DNA of 64,000 nucleotides, taken from positions 56,305 through 120,304 of the forward strand of contig JBIKWJ010000001.1 of NCBI GenBank assembly GCA_044356325.1, in the 5' to 3' direction. The notes below the pieces were generated by a model. That model saw nothing but the letters and a program-made list of their open reading frames with translations. It was not told the DNA's origin and ran no database searches. Positions 1-9,091 of this stretch are shown here, in pieces (position 1 is the stretch's first letter; every line of letters begins with the position of its first letter). Position numbers and translations under genes: made by a program. Origin of the DNA: Minisyncoccia bacterium (GTDB lineage: Bacteria > Patescibacteriota > Minisyncoccia > SW-4-49-11).

Positions 1-1128
1 ACGGTCATCCTCCATTGAGTCACCCAATTCACTACGTCGCCTTTCATACGGGGTATGATCAGCAATGTAGATCCCGTCTGCTCGATTCGGCTTAACTCGA
101 ATCACAAAACGATCTCGACATGATCCCCGATGGCCGGGAACTTCGAGCGAATCAATCGCTGTATCAGGAGACACATCTCCAATACCGCACCAGAGGAAGC
201 CCTCATATGCGATCTCAGGAACACTCCCATCATTGGGGGTATCAAGTGATATAAGTCGATAACCACTTCCTGATAGAGCGTAACGATTCGCTGCATCCAG
301 CGCATTCATATTCTTCTGCCCTTGTTTGATTCGAACCACATCGCTATTTTCAGCGAAGCAGAAAATCGAACCAATTGAATCAGGAAAAGGAATTATTGCT
401 GGTATAGCGAATGTACCCACTTTTTCCTCGGGGATTGGGTGGGACACAATAATCTTGAACACAACTTCTTCAAGATAGTGCTTGAACTCTTCCATCACCG
501 TAGCGGTGCGGAAGAGTGTGGGCTCATCTCCCTCGGGATCGTACTCGCGATTGAGGTCGTTCGTATGAACCAGAAGCGGCGGCCGACGACCCGAATGAAT
601 ATGAGTCATCTGGGACAACTTTTCGGAGTCGTCAGTAAGAGCGGCGGTCAAAAAACCGATCGCTTCAAACCATGCCCCTGCCGTTGTTTGGCAGTCACAG
701 CCACCCTTGTACTCGAGGTACAACTTCGGCTCACCGCTGAGTTTACTGTTGACCTTCGAAGCGTTCATAAAGAGATCGCGGTCCCGCTCATAGTCGTCAC
801 CGACATAGAGATAGAAGGTTGGGCCTGACTCGTCATCATGGACGAGAATCATCTTCTGTGGAATCACGATTTCGGTTACAGCAGCTGTGTCATTCCAATG
901 ACCATCTGGCATAGTACGCTGTACGCGGCAAAACCAGAGTTTGAAATCCTGACCCTCAATCCGTGAAACTTTACGAAACTTTTGTTCTCCACTCCCATAT
1001 TCATGAAATTCCACAGTGACACCGGGAACTTGCCAATGGCGTTTCTCAAGCTCGCGAACAATTTGCTCGCAAACAGAATCAAATGGGAATTGAAGAGTAT
1101 TGGGATAAAGAAATTGCATCGTTTGCAT
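1..1128 (-). CDS. Hypothetical protein, 5' part only (runs off the window start). GC content about 52% against about 30% for the rest of the window, so probably foreign DNA.
   Basis: I translated the minus strand by hand from the ATG at 1126-1128 (MQTMQFLYPNTLQFPFDSVCEQIVRELEKRHWQ...) and found more than 370 codons with no stop, continuing past position 1. The ORF track omits it only because there is no stop inside the window. The plus-strand ORF 439..828 is antisense to it. No family recognised. Confidence 0.5.
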   Translation of the reverse strand, partial: MQTMQFLYPNTLQFPFDSVCEQIVRELEKRHWQVPGVTVEFHEYGSGEQKFRKVSRIEGQDFKLWFCRVQRTMPDGHWNDTAAVTEIVIPQKMILVHDDESGPTFYLYVGDDYERDRDLFMNASKVNSKLSGEPKLYLEYKGGCDCQTTAGAWFEAIGFLTAALTDDSEKLSQMTHIHSGRRPPLLVHTNDLNREYDPEGDEPTLFRTATVMEEFKHYLEEVVFKIIVSHPIPEEKVGTFAIPAIIPFPDSIGSIFCFAENSDVVRIKQGQKNMNALDAANRYALSGSGYRLISLDTPNDGSVPEIAYEGFLWCGIGDVSPDTAIDSLEVPGHRGSCRDRFVIRVKPNRADGIYIADHTPYERRRSELGDSMEDDR

Positions 1129-1200
1129 GGGACTGCTCCTTTGTAATTGGTTTTGTGAAGGTGTAATCCTCAGGCAAAATAGCCTAAAGAATGCAGTACT

Positions 1201-1229
1201 TATATACCATATATTTCTATTTTTGTCAA
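1201..1229 (-). promoter_or_regulatory. Sigma70-like promoter for the GC-rich gene.
   Basis: On the minus strand: TTGACA (complement of plus tgtcaa at 1224-1229), a 17 nt spacer, then TATATA (plus 1201-1206). Shares the motif ctattgacaaa with two other promoters in the window. Confidence 0.4.
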
Positions 1230-1253
1230 TAGCTATTATCAAGTATTACTAAT

Positions 1254-1296
1254 TGCGGAGAGAAAGGGATTAGAACTCGTCGCAAATGGGATTTGC
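1254..1296 (-). repeat. Partial duplicate of the tRNA-Ser 3' end (about 25 nt) fused to the hairpin gcaaatgggatttgc. Looks like an att-site remnant.
   Basis: Plus-strand tgcggagagaaagggattagaactc is close to the 3' end of the intact tRNA-Ser at 1521-1545 (tgcggagagagagagatttgaactc). It is followed by gtc and then the perfect inverted repeat gcaaat-ggg-atttgc. Confidence 0.5.
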
Positions 1297-1520
1297 TCCT
1301 TGAAACCACCTCAGTTTCCTCAATACCCCTACAACCCCATCTCGGACACCCACGGTTTCCGACATTCGGAGCAAGCACCTCACTGCCTTCCTCTCTAGGG
1401 GTATTGATTACATCCTCCACGGGAAACTACCGTTTCCCGACCCCTTCCCTGACTTCAAATCTCTCCCAACTGCTACACATAATATAAAAAATTGGGGATA
1501 TACCCCATTTTCTATATTTG

Positions 1521-1609
1521 CGGAGAGAGAGAGATTTGAACTCTCGATAGGTTTGACCCTATACTGCGTTTCGAATGCAGCGCAATAAACCGGACTATGC
1601 GATCTCTCC
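1521..1609 (-). tRNA. tRNA-Ser (anticodon CGA), type II with a long variable arm.
   Basis: Reverse complement is GGAGAGATCGCATAGTCCGGTTTATTGCGCTGCATTCGAAACGCAG...GAGAGTTCAAATCTCTCTCTCTCCG. The 7 bp acceptor stem pairs GGAGAGA with TCTCTCC, the anticodon loop is TTCGAAA, and the T-loop is TTCAAAT. It is followed on the minus strand by the weak hairpin GGGGtatatCCCC and a T-run. Confidence 0.8.
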
Positions 1610-1689
1610 AATAGTATGTATTATGGTCTATTTTTGTGATTATTTCAAGATAATGATAAGATATACAGATAGTATAAACTCATATTTTT

Positions 1690-1899
1690 ATGTCATTCCA
1701 AGCCTATCTTGACAATATTTATACCAAAACAGGTAAAACTCCTGAAGATTTTCGTAAATTAGCCAAAACCAAGGGATTATTTACCCCAGAGACCAAGGCT
1801 ACGGCCATTATTAATTGGTTACATGAAGATTTTGATTTGGGGCGTGGTCATGCTATGGCTATTGTAGCTACTTTTAAACAATTTCATAAAGAACAATAA
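1690..1899 (+). CDS. DUF4287 family small protein.
   Basis: A 69 aa ORF, MSFQAYLDNIYTKTGKTPEDFRKLAKTKGL..., matching my recollection of the DUF4287 N-terminal signature. It sits in an AT-rich context with a -10-like tataaa upstream. Confidence 0.5.
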   Translation: MSFQAYLDNIYTKTGKTPEDFRKLAKTKGLFTPETKATAIINWLHEDFDLGRGHAMAIVATFKQFHKEQ

Positions 1900-1941
1900 A
1901 GAAACAAAGCCCTCCTTATTTGGAGGACTTTGTTGAGAGAT

Positions 1942-2268
1942 TTACCTCACAAAAATATATATCCATTTACAAAGCAGGATAATAAGCCCAACCACTTGGA
2001 CCACTTGGACAGTTGGATTGTACTGGTAACTACTCATTCCAGTATAAAGACTCCTCAATCTCTTCTCTAAACGATATAGAGTAGAATTGGCGAAGATAGC
2101 GAGAATATAAAGAAAAGTCAATGCTAATAACACTGCAAAAGATTCGTTAGCCTTGAAAAGGCTTGTTACTGCTGCTACCATGACTATTTGTCTAGTTAGC
2201 CTAATTTTCTGAGGCCGAGGACTCAGAACACGAAAGTCACTGATTTGTGTATTAGAAAGTGCTGTCAT
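1942..2268 (-). CDS. Hypothetical small membrane protein.
   Basis: A 108 aa ORF with hydrophobic segments and no recognisable family. Confidence 0.3.
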   Translation of the reverse strand: MTALSNTQISDFRVLSPRPQKIRLTRQIVMVAAVTSLFKANESFAVLLALTFLYILAIFANSTLYRLEKRLRSLYTGMSSYQYNPTVQVVQVVGLIILLCKWIYIFVR

Positions 2269-2394
2269 CTTTAGCAGATAACAAGGAACATTATGATAAT
2301 AATATATTTTTACAATAATTGCAAGTATTTTATGGAAAAATCTTGCCCTCTATAGCCTCTTATGATACTATAATATATATATATAATACTTATT

Positions 2395-4224
2395 ATGAGT
2401 GAAAAATTATCTCTAGATACCAAAAGACATACCGGTGCACATATTTTAGCAGCTGCAGTATATGAAATGTTCCCAGAAGCTCAATTTGGAGTAGGTCCTA
2501 CTACTGAGAATGGATTTTATTATGATATTCTCCTTCCTCGCACTCTTATCCCAGAGGATTTGCCTTTGCTTGAGGATAAGATGAAAGCTATTATTAAGGC
2601 AAATTTACCCGTTGAGAGAGAAGAAATGGCTATTGATGATGCTATTGATCATTTCCGACAGGCAGGGCAATTATTGAAGGGTGAATTATTACAAGATCTC
2701 AAAACTCATGGGACTACCAATTTCTCTGAAATATATGGAGAAGGTGAAGCTGTCCCTCACGAGAATGAAGTGGCGACAGTAAGTGTATATAAAATTGGGA
2801 ACTTTGTAGATTTATGTCGTGGCCCTCACATTGAGACTACGGGTCAATTAGATATTACGGCTTTTAGTCTAGATAGTATATCTGCTTCCTATTTCCGTGG
2901 AGATCAAAGTCGTGAGAGTATGCAGAGAATTTATGGAATATTATTCCATTCCAAAAAGGATTTAAAAGAATTTTTGCATAATAGAGAAGAAGCCAAAAAG
3001 CGAGATCATCGTGTATTAGGGAAAAGTTTAGGTTTATTTACTTTCTCAGAACTCGTAGGTTCAGGGCTTCCTCTTTATACTCCTGCTGGAACAACTCTCA
3101 AAAATAATATTGCAGGATTATTACGGCAAATTAGTAAAAAATATGGCGCTGAAGAAGTTTCTATTCCTCATATTGCTAAAAGAGAGCTTTATGAAATTAG
3201 TGGTCATGCTCAAAAGTTTTCAGAAGAACTCTTAACGGTACATAGTCATTATCAGCAAGATTTTGTATTAAAACCCGTAAATTGTCCTCATCATACACAA
3301 CTATTTGCTTCTGAGCCTCGTAGTTATCGCGATTTGCCTATTCGGTATATTGAATCCACTATGCAATATCGAGATGAAAAGCCAGGACAAATTGGAGGAC
3401 TTACTCGTACTCGAGGATTTACCGTAGATGATGGACATACTTTCTTAGCTGTCAGCCAGATTAAAGATGAGGTGAATTTACTTATCAAAACTATTTCAGA
3501 CTTCTATAACAGTTTTGGATTATGGGAGAATAAATGGGTTTCTCTTTCAGTAAGAGATTATAGTGATTTATCTAAATATACTGGAGTACCTGAGGATTGG
3601 GATAAGGCTGAGGAAATGCTAGAGTCTATTGCTGAGGAAAATGGTCTACAAGCCCAAAAATGCGAAGGAGAGGCTGCTATTTATGGACCAAAGCTCGATT
3701 TTATGTTCTATGATGCTCTTGGCAATGAGAGACAACTTGCGACAATACAATTAGACTTTGCAACTCCTAAACGATTTGAACTCGAATATATTGATGAGGA
3801 AGGAAATGCACAAACTCCGGTGATGATACATAGAGCTATTCTTGGTTCTTATGAACGATTCCTTGCTATTCTGATTGAGCATTATGCTGGGCGATTTCCG
3901 TATTGGCTAGCTCCAACTCAAGTGTCGGTATTAACCGTAAATGATTCAGATGAAGTCTCTGAATATACCAAGAATATTATTGAACAATTAGATGAAGTGG
4001 TATTATCTTCCCCTCTTAAATATAATGAGCTACGGTATATTGTAGATAATAGCTCTGAATCTCTTGGCAAAAAAATTCGTAATGCAGAATTACAAAAAAT
4101 CCCTGTGATTATTATTGTCGGTCCAAAAGATATAGAGGCGAGTCAAGTAAGTGTCCGCACTCATAGCGGTGAGAGCAAAATTGCTTTGTCTGAATTACAA
4201 AAATTCCTAGAAAATTTTGAATAA
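2395..4224 (+). CDS. thrS: Threonyl-tRNA synthetase.
   Basis: 609 aa. Contains the class II ThrRS motifs HRVLGKSLGLF and FELEYIDEEGN...PVMIHRAILGSYERF, plus a C-terminal anticodon-binding region. Confidence 0.9.
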   Translation: MSEKLSLDTKRHTGAHILAAAVYEMFPEAQFGVGPTTENGFYYDILLPRTLIPEDLPLLEDKMKAIIKANLPVEREEMAIDDAIDHFRQAGQLLKGELLQDLKTHGTTNFSEIYGEGEAVPHENEVATVSVYKIGNFVDLCRGPHIETTGQLDITAFSLDSISASYFRGDQSRESMQRIYGILFHSKKDLKEFLHNREEAKKRDHRVLGKSLGLFTFSELVGSGLPLYTPAGTTLKNNIAGLLRQISKKYGAEEVSIPHIAKRELYEISGHAQKFSEELLTVHSHYQQDFVLKPVNCPHHTQLFASEPRSYRDLPIRYIESTMQYRDEKPGQIGGLTRTRGFTVDDGHTFLAVSQIKDEVNLLIKTISDFYNSFGLWENKWVSLSVRDYSDLSKYTGVPEDWDKAEEMLESIAEENGLQAQKCEGEAAIYGPKLDFMFYDALGNERQLATIQLDFATPKRFELEYIDEEGNAQTPVMIHRAILGSYERFLAILIEHYAGRFPYWLAPTQVSVLTVNDSDEVSEYTKNIIEQLDEVVLSSPLKYNELRYIVDNSSESLGKKIRNAELQKIPVIIIVGPKDIEASQVSVRTHSGESKIALSELQKFLENFE

Positions 4225-4226
4225 TT

Positions 4227-4817
4227 TTAATATTGTAAGAATACTCCGATAAGAATCAAAACAAATCCCACACCCAAATTAACATAAGGTTGTTTGGTAT
4301 CAATTTTTGCACCTAATTGATGTAATTTATCTTTTATACTATTTATAATTTCATGTTTTTCGGTGATTGCAATGAGCCAGAATATAAGGATGGGAATATG
4401 AAAAGCAATATTGAGTCCGGTATTAGCTATCACTCTATAAATTGTCTTATCGAATAAAATATTAATTTGAATAGCTAAGAATACATATTCTACTAGAGCT
4501 GGAAAATCTATAAAAGGAGCTATAATTCCCATTAAAAAAGGTAATGTCCCATAATATTTGGGATAAGTTTTAACTTTATCTAATTTAGGTTTTTTAGGAA
4601 TTATGGAATACAATAGCAAGATAACTCCTATCAGTATCAAGACATAACTATTGATAAGCTTAATATGATTTTTTATAGCATCAACTTCCTCTTTCAAACC
4701 CCAAATAATAACTCCAGAAATTATAAAATGAATCAAGAATAACCCCACCAAAAACCAAAACATATTTTTGGCAGATTTAGAATGTGCCAAATAATATAAA
4801 CTTAATATAACTGTCAT
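4227..4817 (-). CDS. Polytopic membrane protein, unknown function.
   Basis: 196 aa with multiple hydrophobic helices. Confidence 0.4.
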   Translation of the reverse strand: MTVILSLYYLAHSKSAKNMFWFLVGLFLIHFIISGVIIWGLKEEVDAIKNHIKLINSYVLILIGVILLLYSIIPKKPKLDKVKTYPKYYGTLPFLMGIIAPFIDFPALVEYVFLAIQINILFDKTIYRVIANTGLNIAFHIPILIFWLIAITEKHEIINSIKDKLHQLGAKIDTKQPYVNLGVGFVLILIGVFLQY

Positions 4818-4830
4818 ATATTTTTATATA

Positions 4831-6213
4831 TTAGAATTCTCCAAAAGTTTCACTATTGAGATAGGCTCCAATATCCTCAATATCTATTCTCAGTTGTTCC
4901 ATAGTATCTCGATGTCTGATAGTAACAGTTCCCTCAGATAAGGTCTCATAATCTACTGTTACACACCAAGGAGTACCAATTTCATCTTGCCTTCGATATC
5001 TCTTTCCTATTGATCCGGCCATATCCATATCCGCAAGTATCCCCTTTTTACGAAGATTCATATAGATTTCTTTTGCATTTTCAGCGAGGCCATCTTTTTT
5101 CATCAATGGGAGTATAGCAATTTTATATGGAGCAATATGATAAGGGAATTTGAGTACAATACGAGACTCATCACTTCCTGTAACTTTCTCCTCATTATAA
5201 AATTCAAACAGAGAAGATAAGAGAAGTCTATTTACTCCTAGAGAAGTCTCAATCACATAAGGGAAATATTGCTCATTGGTCTCGGGATCGCGATATCTCA
5301 AATCCTTACCACTAAATTTACTATGTTGTCGGGTATCATAGTCAGTACGATTATGAAGACCTTCTAGTTCTTTGAATCCCACAGCTCCAAATTCATAATC
5401 TATATCCCAAGCATCTTTTGCATAAAATACGAGTTTTTCATGTTGGCGAAATTTGATATGCTCAGTATTATACCCCAGATACTCTGTATAGAATTTGTAG
5501 CGATAATCTTTCCAGAATTCATACCATTCATCTTCCTCTCCTGGTTTTACAAAAAATTGTAAATCTATTTGTTCAAATTCACGCGTACGGAAAATATATT
5601 GTTTTACGGTAATCTCATTACGAAAAGCCTTACCAAGTTGCGCAATACCAAATGGTAATTTGCGTCGGCTCGTCTCCTGTACTAATTTCCAATTAACATA
5701 AATATTCTGACAAGCCTCCCCTTTTAGATAAGCAACAGTAGAGTCATCGACAGTTGCTCCAAGATGCGTTTGTACAAGGAGATTGAATTGTTTTACTTTT
5801 GTGAGGGGATTACCATCGGGAGAGAGAATTTTATTGTCCTCAATAACCTTATCTGTCTCTTCTGGAGAAAGACTATCTGCATTATCCATAATACCAGCAT
5901 CCTCAATCAAGTGGTCAGCCCGATAGCGTTTATGAGTAACCGTATCCTCTACCAAAAGATCCGCAAATCCTCCAATATGACCACTTGCTTCCCAAACTTT
6001 AGGGTGAAGGAATATAGCTCCTTCAATTTCTACCACATCATCGCGATAAGTCACCATATAATCTCGCCAGGCTTGCACGAGATTGTCTTTTAATAATTTT
6101 CCAAGAGGTCCAAAATCATAAACCGAAGAATATCCCCCATAAATCTCAGATGAGGGGAATATAAATCCATTGCGATGAGCATATTTTACAATTGTATCCA
6201 GTTTTGTTGACAT
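4831..6213 (-). CDS. glyQS: Glycyl-tRNA synthetase (alpha2 dimeric type).
   Basis: 460 aa. The N-terminus ...GFIFPSSEIYGGYSSVYDFGPLG... is typical of class II GlyRS. Confidence 0.9.
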   Translation of the reverse strand: MSTKLDTIVKYAHRNGFIFPSSEIYGGYSSVYDFGPLGKLLKDNLVQAWRDYMVTYRDDVVEIEGAIFLHPKVWEASGHIGGFADLLVEDTVTHKRYRADHLIEDAGIMDNADSLSPEETDKVIEDNKILSPDGNPLTKVKQFNLLVQTHLGATVDDSTVAYLKGEACQNIYVNWKLVQETSRRKLPFGIAQLGKAFRNEITVKQYIFRTREFEQIDLQFFVKPGEEDEWYEFWKDYRYKFYTEYLGYNTEHIKFRQHEKLVFYAKDAWDIDYEFGAVGFKELEGLHNRTDYDTRQHSKFSGKDLRYRDPETNEQYFPYVIETSLGVNRLLLSSLFEFYNEEKVTGSDESRIVLKFPYHIAPYKIAILPLMKKDGLAENAKEIYMNLRKKGILADMDMAGSIGKRYRRQDEIGTPWCVTVDYETLSEGTVTIRHRDTMEQLRIDIEDIGAYLNSETFGEF

Positions 6214-6276
6214 AAAGCAATCTAAATTTGAATTATTGTATTTATTATAGCAAATAACTGTGTTCTTGTGAATAAA

Positions 6277-6843
6277 TTACCCCCAATTACCCTCTTCAAT
6301 ATTATCTTTATCTTCTAGGATATCTTCTATAGAACTGAGCAGTTCTTCTTTTTTCTTTTTGACTGCAAGTGCTATTAAGTCTCGCATACTATTAGCATCT
6401 TGTATAAGCATTGAACTTGCATGTTGCCTGTGATATACACCTCCCGCTCGGAGTACATCAGGATAGTCTTTGATACAAATGGTGGGTACAGATTCAAATT
6501 CCTCAATTTCAAGTATGAGAAGTCGTTTATTTTCATATTCTATAGTTTTGATAGTATATCGGGGCAATGGGTCAAGATAATTACTAATATATTGATCAAT
6601 CCAAGTTCTATCTACACTTTCTAAATCTTCAGTACTGAGTCCAGATATCTCTTTTTTATCTGATACTCCAAATATCAACATTCCCCCATTAGGCATATTA
6701 GATATAGCAGCTATATGCTTGGCAAGTTTCACCTTGCGATACTCATCAAAGGTATGCCAATTGAATTCTTGCTTGAAGTCTATATGATTGTCTTCATATC
6801 CTTCGGTGATAACTTTTTGTAATAATTCGGGGGTGTATTTCAT
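6277..6843 (-). CDS. AlbA_2 (Schlafen-like, putative nucleic-acid-binding) domain protein.
   Basis: 188 aa. The motifs IDFKQEF...KHIAAISNMPNGGMLIFGVSDKK match the AlbA_2/divergent AAA_4 signature. Confidence 0.55.
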   Translation of the reverse strand: MKYTPELLQKVITEGYEDNHIDFKQEFNWHTFDEYRKVKLAKHIAAISNMPNGGMLIFGVSDKKEISGLSTEDLESVDRTWIDQYISNYLDPLPRYTIKTIEYENKRLLILEIEEFESVPTICIKDYPDVLRAGGVYHRQHASSMLIQDANSMRDLIALAVKKKKEELLSSIEDILEDKDNIEEGNWG

Positions 6844-6915
6844 ATAATGTTATATTACATTATATATAGTATATCATATTGACCGTATTGATGATATATA
6901 AATATTTTTATACAA

Positions 6916-7602
6916 TTATTTTTTCACTTTCCCAAACTTTAACTTCAAAATTCCAAATAACAACTCAAAGCTAGTTAATACGTTAACATTACTTGTACCA
7001 TTTTTTCTCGCATCAAATTGTATTGGGATTTGGCTAATTTGATAACCCTGATTTTTGGCTTTATATAAAAACTCATAATCAAAACCCCATGGAGTTGGGT
7101 TTAATATTATATCATTCAGAATTTTTTTCTTAAAGACTTTCATTCCTGACTGAATATCATAAGGGAGTCCAAGCAATATTTTACCAAATACTTTTGCATA
7201 TATTCTACTCAGTAGTTTTCTATACCATTTTATATTCTGTACCACCCTATTAGCTACTACAATATCATAATCTTTCATTTTGAATAACATATCATAGAGT
7301 AATTCAGGGGGATATTGCAAATCGGCATCAATCATTGCTACTACCGAGTATTTAGCTTTGATAAAACCTTCTAATAATGACTGTGCCTTCCCCTTTTCCC
7401 CTTTTTTAAGTAATATCTTTAAAGGATATCTCCTATTTAACTTTCTTAATATATCTAATGTTCTATCTTTAGAAAAATCATCAATAATAATAATTTCATA
7501 TCTCACTTTATTTTGAGTCATATTAATATGAATTCTCTTTATTAATTCTTTTACATTTAACTCTTCATTATAGGTTGGAATAATAATAGATAAATACTTC
7601 AT
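6916..7602 (-). CDS. Family 2 glycosyltransferase (Dpm1-like).
   Basis: YLSIIIPTYNEELNV...EIIIIDDFSKDRT and ...AMIDADLQYPPE are DxD-type GT2 motifs. The start is more likely the internal Met MKYLSIIIP than the track start at 7671. Confidence 0.8.
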   Translation of the reverse strand: MKYLSIIIPTYNEELNVKELIKRIHINMTQNKVRYEIIIIDDFSKDRTLDILRKLNRRYPLKILLKKGEKGKAQSLLEGFIKAKYSVVAMIDADLQYPPELLYDMLFKMKDYDIVVANRVVQNIKWYRKLLSRIYAKVFGKILLGLPYDIQSGMKVFKKKILNDIILNPTPWGFDYEFLYKAKNQGYQISQIPIQFDARKNGTSNVNVLTSFELLFGILKLKFGKVKK

Positions 7603-7603
7603 A

Positions 7604-9091
7604 TTATAATTTAATCTTATACTGATATAGAGTGAGACCGGGAGAGAATTTTCTCTCAGCGACCTTTTCAAAATTATTATCTAAATATGTTTTAAATTCT
7701 TTTTCATAACCTTGATCATAAGATAAGATTACATACATATATTGATGACCTTCTTTAATCCTATCCACTTGTGTTGAAATGGTATTACTATTAAATTGAG
7801 GTATTGATGATATTTTACTTCTATCCCAAATTGGGAATGTCTCTACTTTAGTAATGCCCTGATAATAATACTCAAATGGATATATAATAAATGGTGCGGA
7901 CAACACAATTACATCTCTAGCAGTCGCTTTGGCTGTTAGATACATACTAATATCTTCAAAATTTTCTTTTACTGGAGTATTGGGGTTAGAAATCTGGAAG
8001 AACAAAGATAATCCTATTACAAGTATGATACCAATATACAAAATTTTCATTTGTCTTTTAAAATAAGTCGTAATTATATAGATAATGTATATATATAAGA
8101 ATAAAGAACTTACAATAAGATATCTAGATAAGAATATTGGTCTTAAATAACTTAATATAAAAGCCAATCCTACTGGAATTAACATTTGAAATAGAACGAA
8201 GGTATTAAAAACCGAATAATTTAATTTCCTTTGTAATGTAGTAAATATAATAATTACAATAACTGGCCAACTGGATAAAATAATACTATTAATAATATCC
8301 GGCTGAAAACCAAATATATATTGAGAAAATATATTGAATAAATCAACTGAACTAGGAGCATTCAAAATAGGTTTGGTATTAGCTGCTGAGCCTAGATTAA
8401 TAACATAATATATCCAAGGAGCAATAGCTAAAATTAGAATAATACCAACTATGATAAACTTTTGAAACAAATTTCTTGAAAATTGCTTATAATTTGTTAT
8501 ATAAAACAAAGCATTAGATAACAAGAATAGCCAATAAAAATAATGTGTATATATACCTAGTATTGCAGTTATTATAAAGCCAATCCAACTAATTCTCTTA
8601 TCTCTTTTTAATATATCTATAAAAAATATACTATTTAATACTGCTAATAGTAATAATAAACTATACATTCTCGCTTCATTAGCATGCCAGCTTATAAATG
8701 GAGATAATATAAATATAACAGTAGTCATTAATCCAATTTTTGTATTATATAGCTTACTAGCCAAAACATATACAAAAGGAATTGAAATGATAGATATAAA
8801 TAGAGATAAATACCTAGCAGATATAATAGTATTATCAAATATAGCTTGCCAAAAATGGAGAATTATATGATATAAGGGGACATGAACATCTCGTCCTACT
8901 ATATCTAATATTTCTGACACACTATGACTAACTTGCCAAATACTTTGAGCCTCATCAAGTCTAATACTATTGAAATATATAAAGGGAATAGAGATAATAA
9001 TACTAATGAGTATAAGGAATATTAACCATATGATAGTATTGAGACTCCATATTTTTTGATCTTGTGATACATTCATAAATAGTTTATACAT
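7604..9091 (-). CDS. GT-C superfamily membrane glycosyltransferase (ArnT/PMT GT39/GT83-like).
   Basis: 495 aa and highly hydrophobic, with more than 10 helices. It has the first-loop DE motif (NSIRLDEAQSIW) and is adjacent to and co-oriented with the GT2 genes. Confidence 0.55.
   Translation of the reverse strand: MYKLFMNVSQDQKIWSLNTIIWLIFLILISIIISIPFIYFNSIRLDEAQSIWQVSHSVSEILDIVGRDVHVPLYHIILHFWQAIFDNTIISARYLSLFISIISIPFVYVLASKLYNTKIGLMTTVIFILSPFISWHANEARMYSLLLLLAVLNSIFFIDILKRDKRISWIGFIITAILGIYTHYFYWLFLLSNALFYITNYKQFSRNLFQKFIIVGIILILAIAPWIYYVINLGSAANTKPILNAPSSVDLFNIFSQYIFGFQPDIINSIILSSWPVIVIIIFTTLQRKLNYSVFNTFVLFQMLIPVGLAFILSYLRPIFLSRYLIVSSLFLYIYIIYIITTYFKRQMKILYIGIILVIGLSLFFQISNPNTPVKENFEDISMYLTAKATARDVIVLSAPFIIYPFEYYYQGITKVETFPIWDRSKISSIPQFNSNTISTQVDRIKEGHQYMYVILSYDQGYEKEFKTYLDNNFEKVAERKFSPGLTLYQYKIKL

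Noticed and set aside
439-828. Plus-strand ORF of 129 aa (GTG start), and the short minus-strand ORFs 102-305 and 876-1082 listed in the ORF track.
   Set aside because: They lie inside or antisense to, or in the wrong frame of, the long GC-rich minus-strand reading frame 1-1128. That frame is open throughout by my own translation, and high GC inflates spurious ORFs. Their peptides are low-complexity, Arg/Leu-rich and non-protein-like.
1297-1500. Calling the GC-rich spacer a specific known RNA (SRP RNA, 6S, tmRNA, or a group I intron in tRNA-Ser).
   Set aside because: There is no match to the SRP domain IV or tmRNA tRNA-like consensus that I can verify by eye. tRNA-Ser is complete without it. 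It is too short for a group I intron. It is kept only as an unexplained structured segment in the findings.
1293-1611. Track ORFs 1293-1487 (+), 1226-1420 (-) and 1408-1611 (-).
   Set aside because: They overlap the tRNA-Ser gene and the GC-rich hairpin-rich spacer. The peptides are Pro/Ser/Leu-rich nonsense, so they are treated as noncoding.
2269-2394. T-box or other riboswitch leaders upstream of thrS, glyQS, argS or lysS.
   Set aside because: The upstream untranslated regions are only about 60-125 nt, or overlap the preceding gene. That is too short for T-box leaders, and no specifier or T-box consensus is seen.
5764-6093. Plus-strand 109 aa ORF antisense to glyQS. Many similar antisense or embedded ORFs also appear in the track, for example 16767-16994, 19258-19479, 20379-20666, 23288-23697, 31936-32145, 34183-35075, 39047-39289, 49433-49615, 51415-52088, 53816-54124 and 58944-59228.
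   Set aside because: Each lies fully inside a well-supported conserved gene on the opposite strand or in another frame. They show AT-rich codon bias and no domain signal.
7604-7671. The 68 nt overlap between the GT-C gene and the Dpm1-like GT2 ORF, as a real overlap or programmed frameshift.
   Set aside because: It is more simply explained by the GT2 gene starting at the internal Met (MKYLSIIIPTYN) at about 7602, which abuts the upstream stop. Similar track overlaps at 26464-26474, 29827-29891, 45314-45362 and 50210-50277 are likely start-codon over-extensions too.
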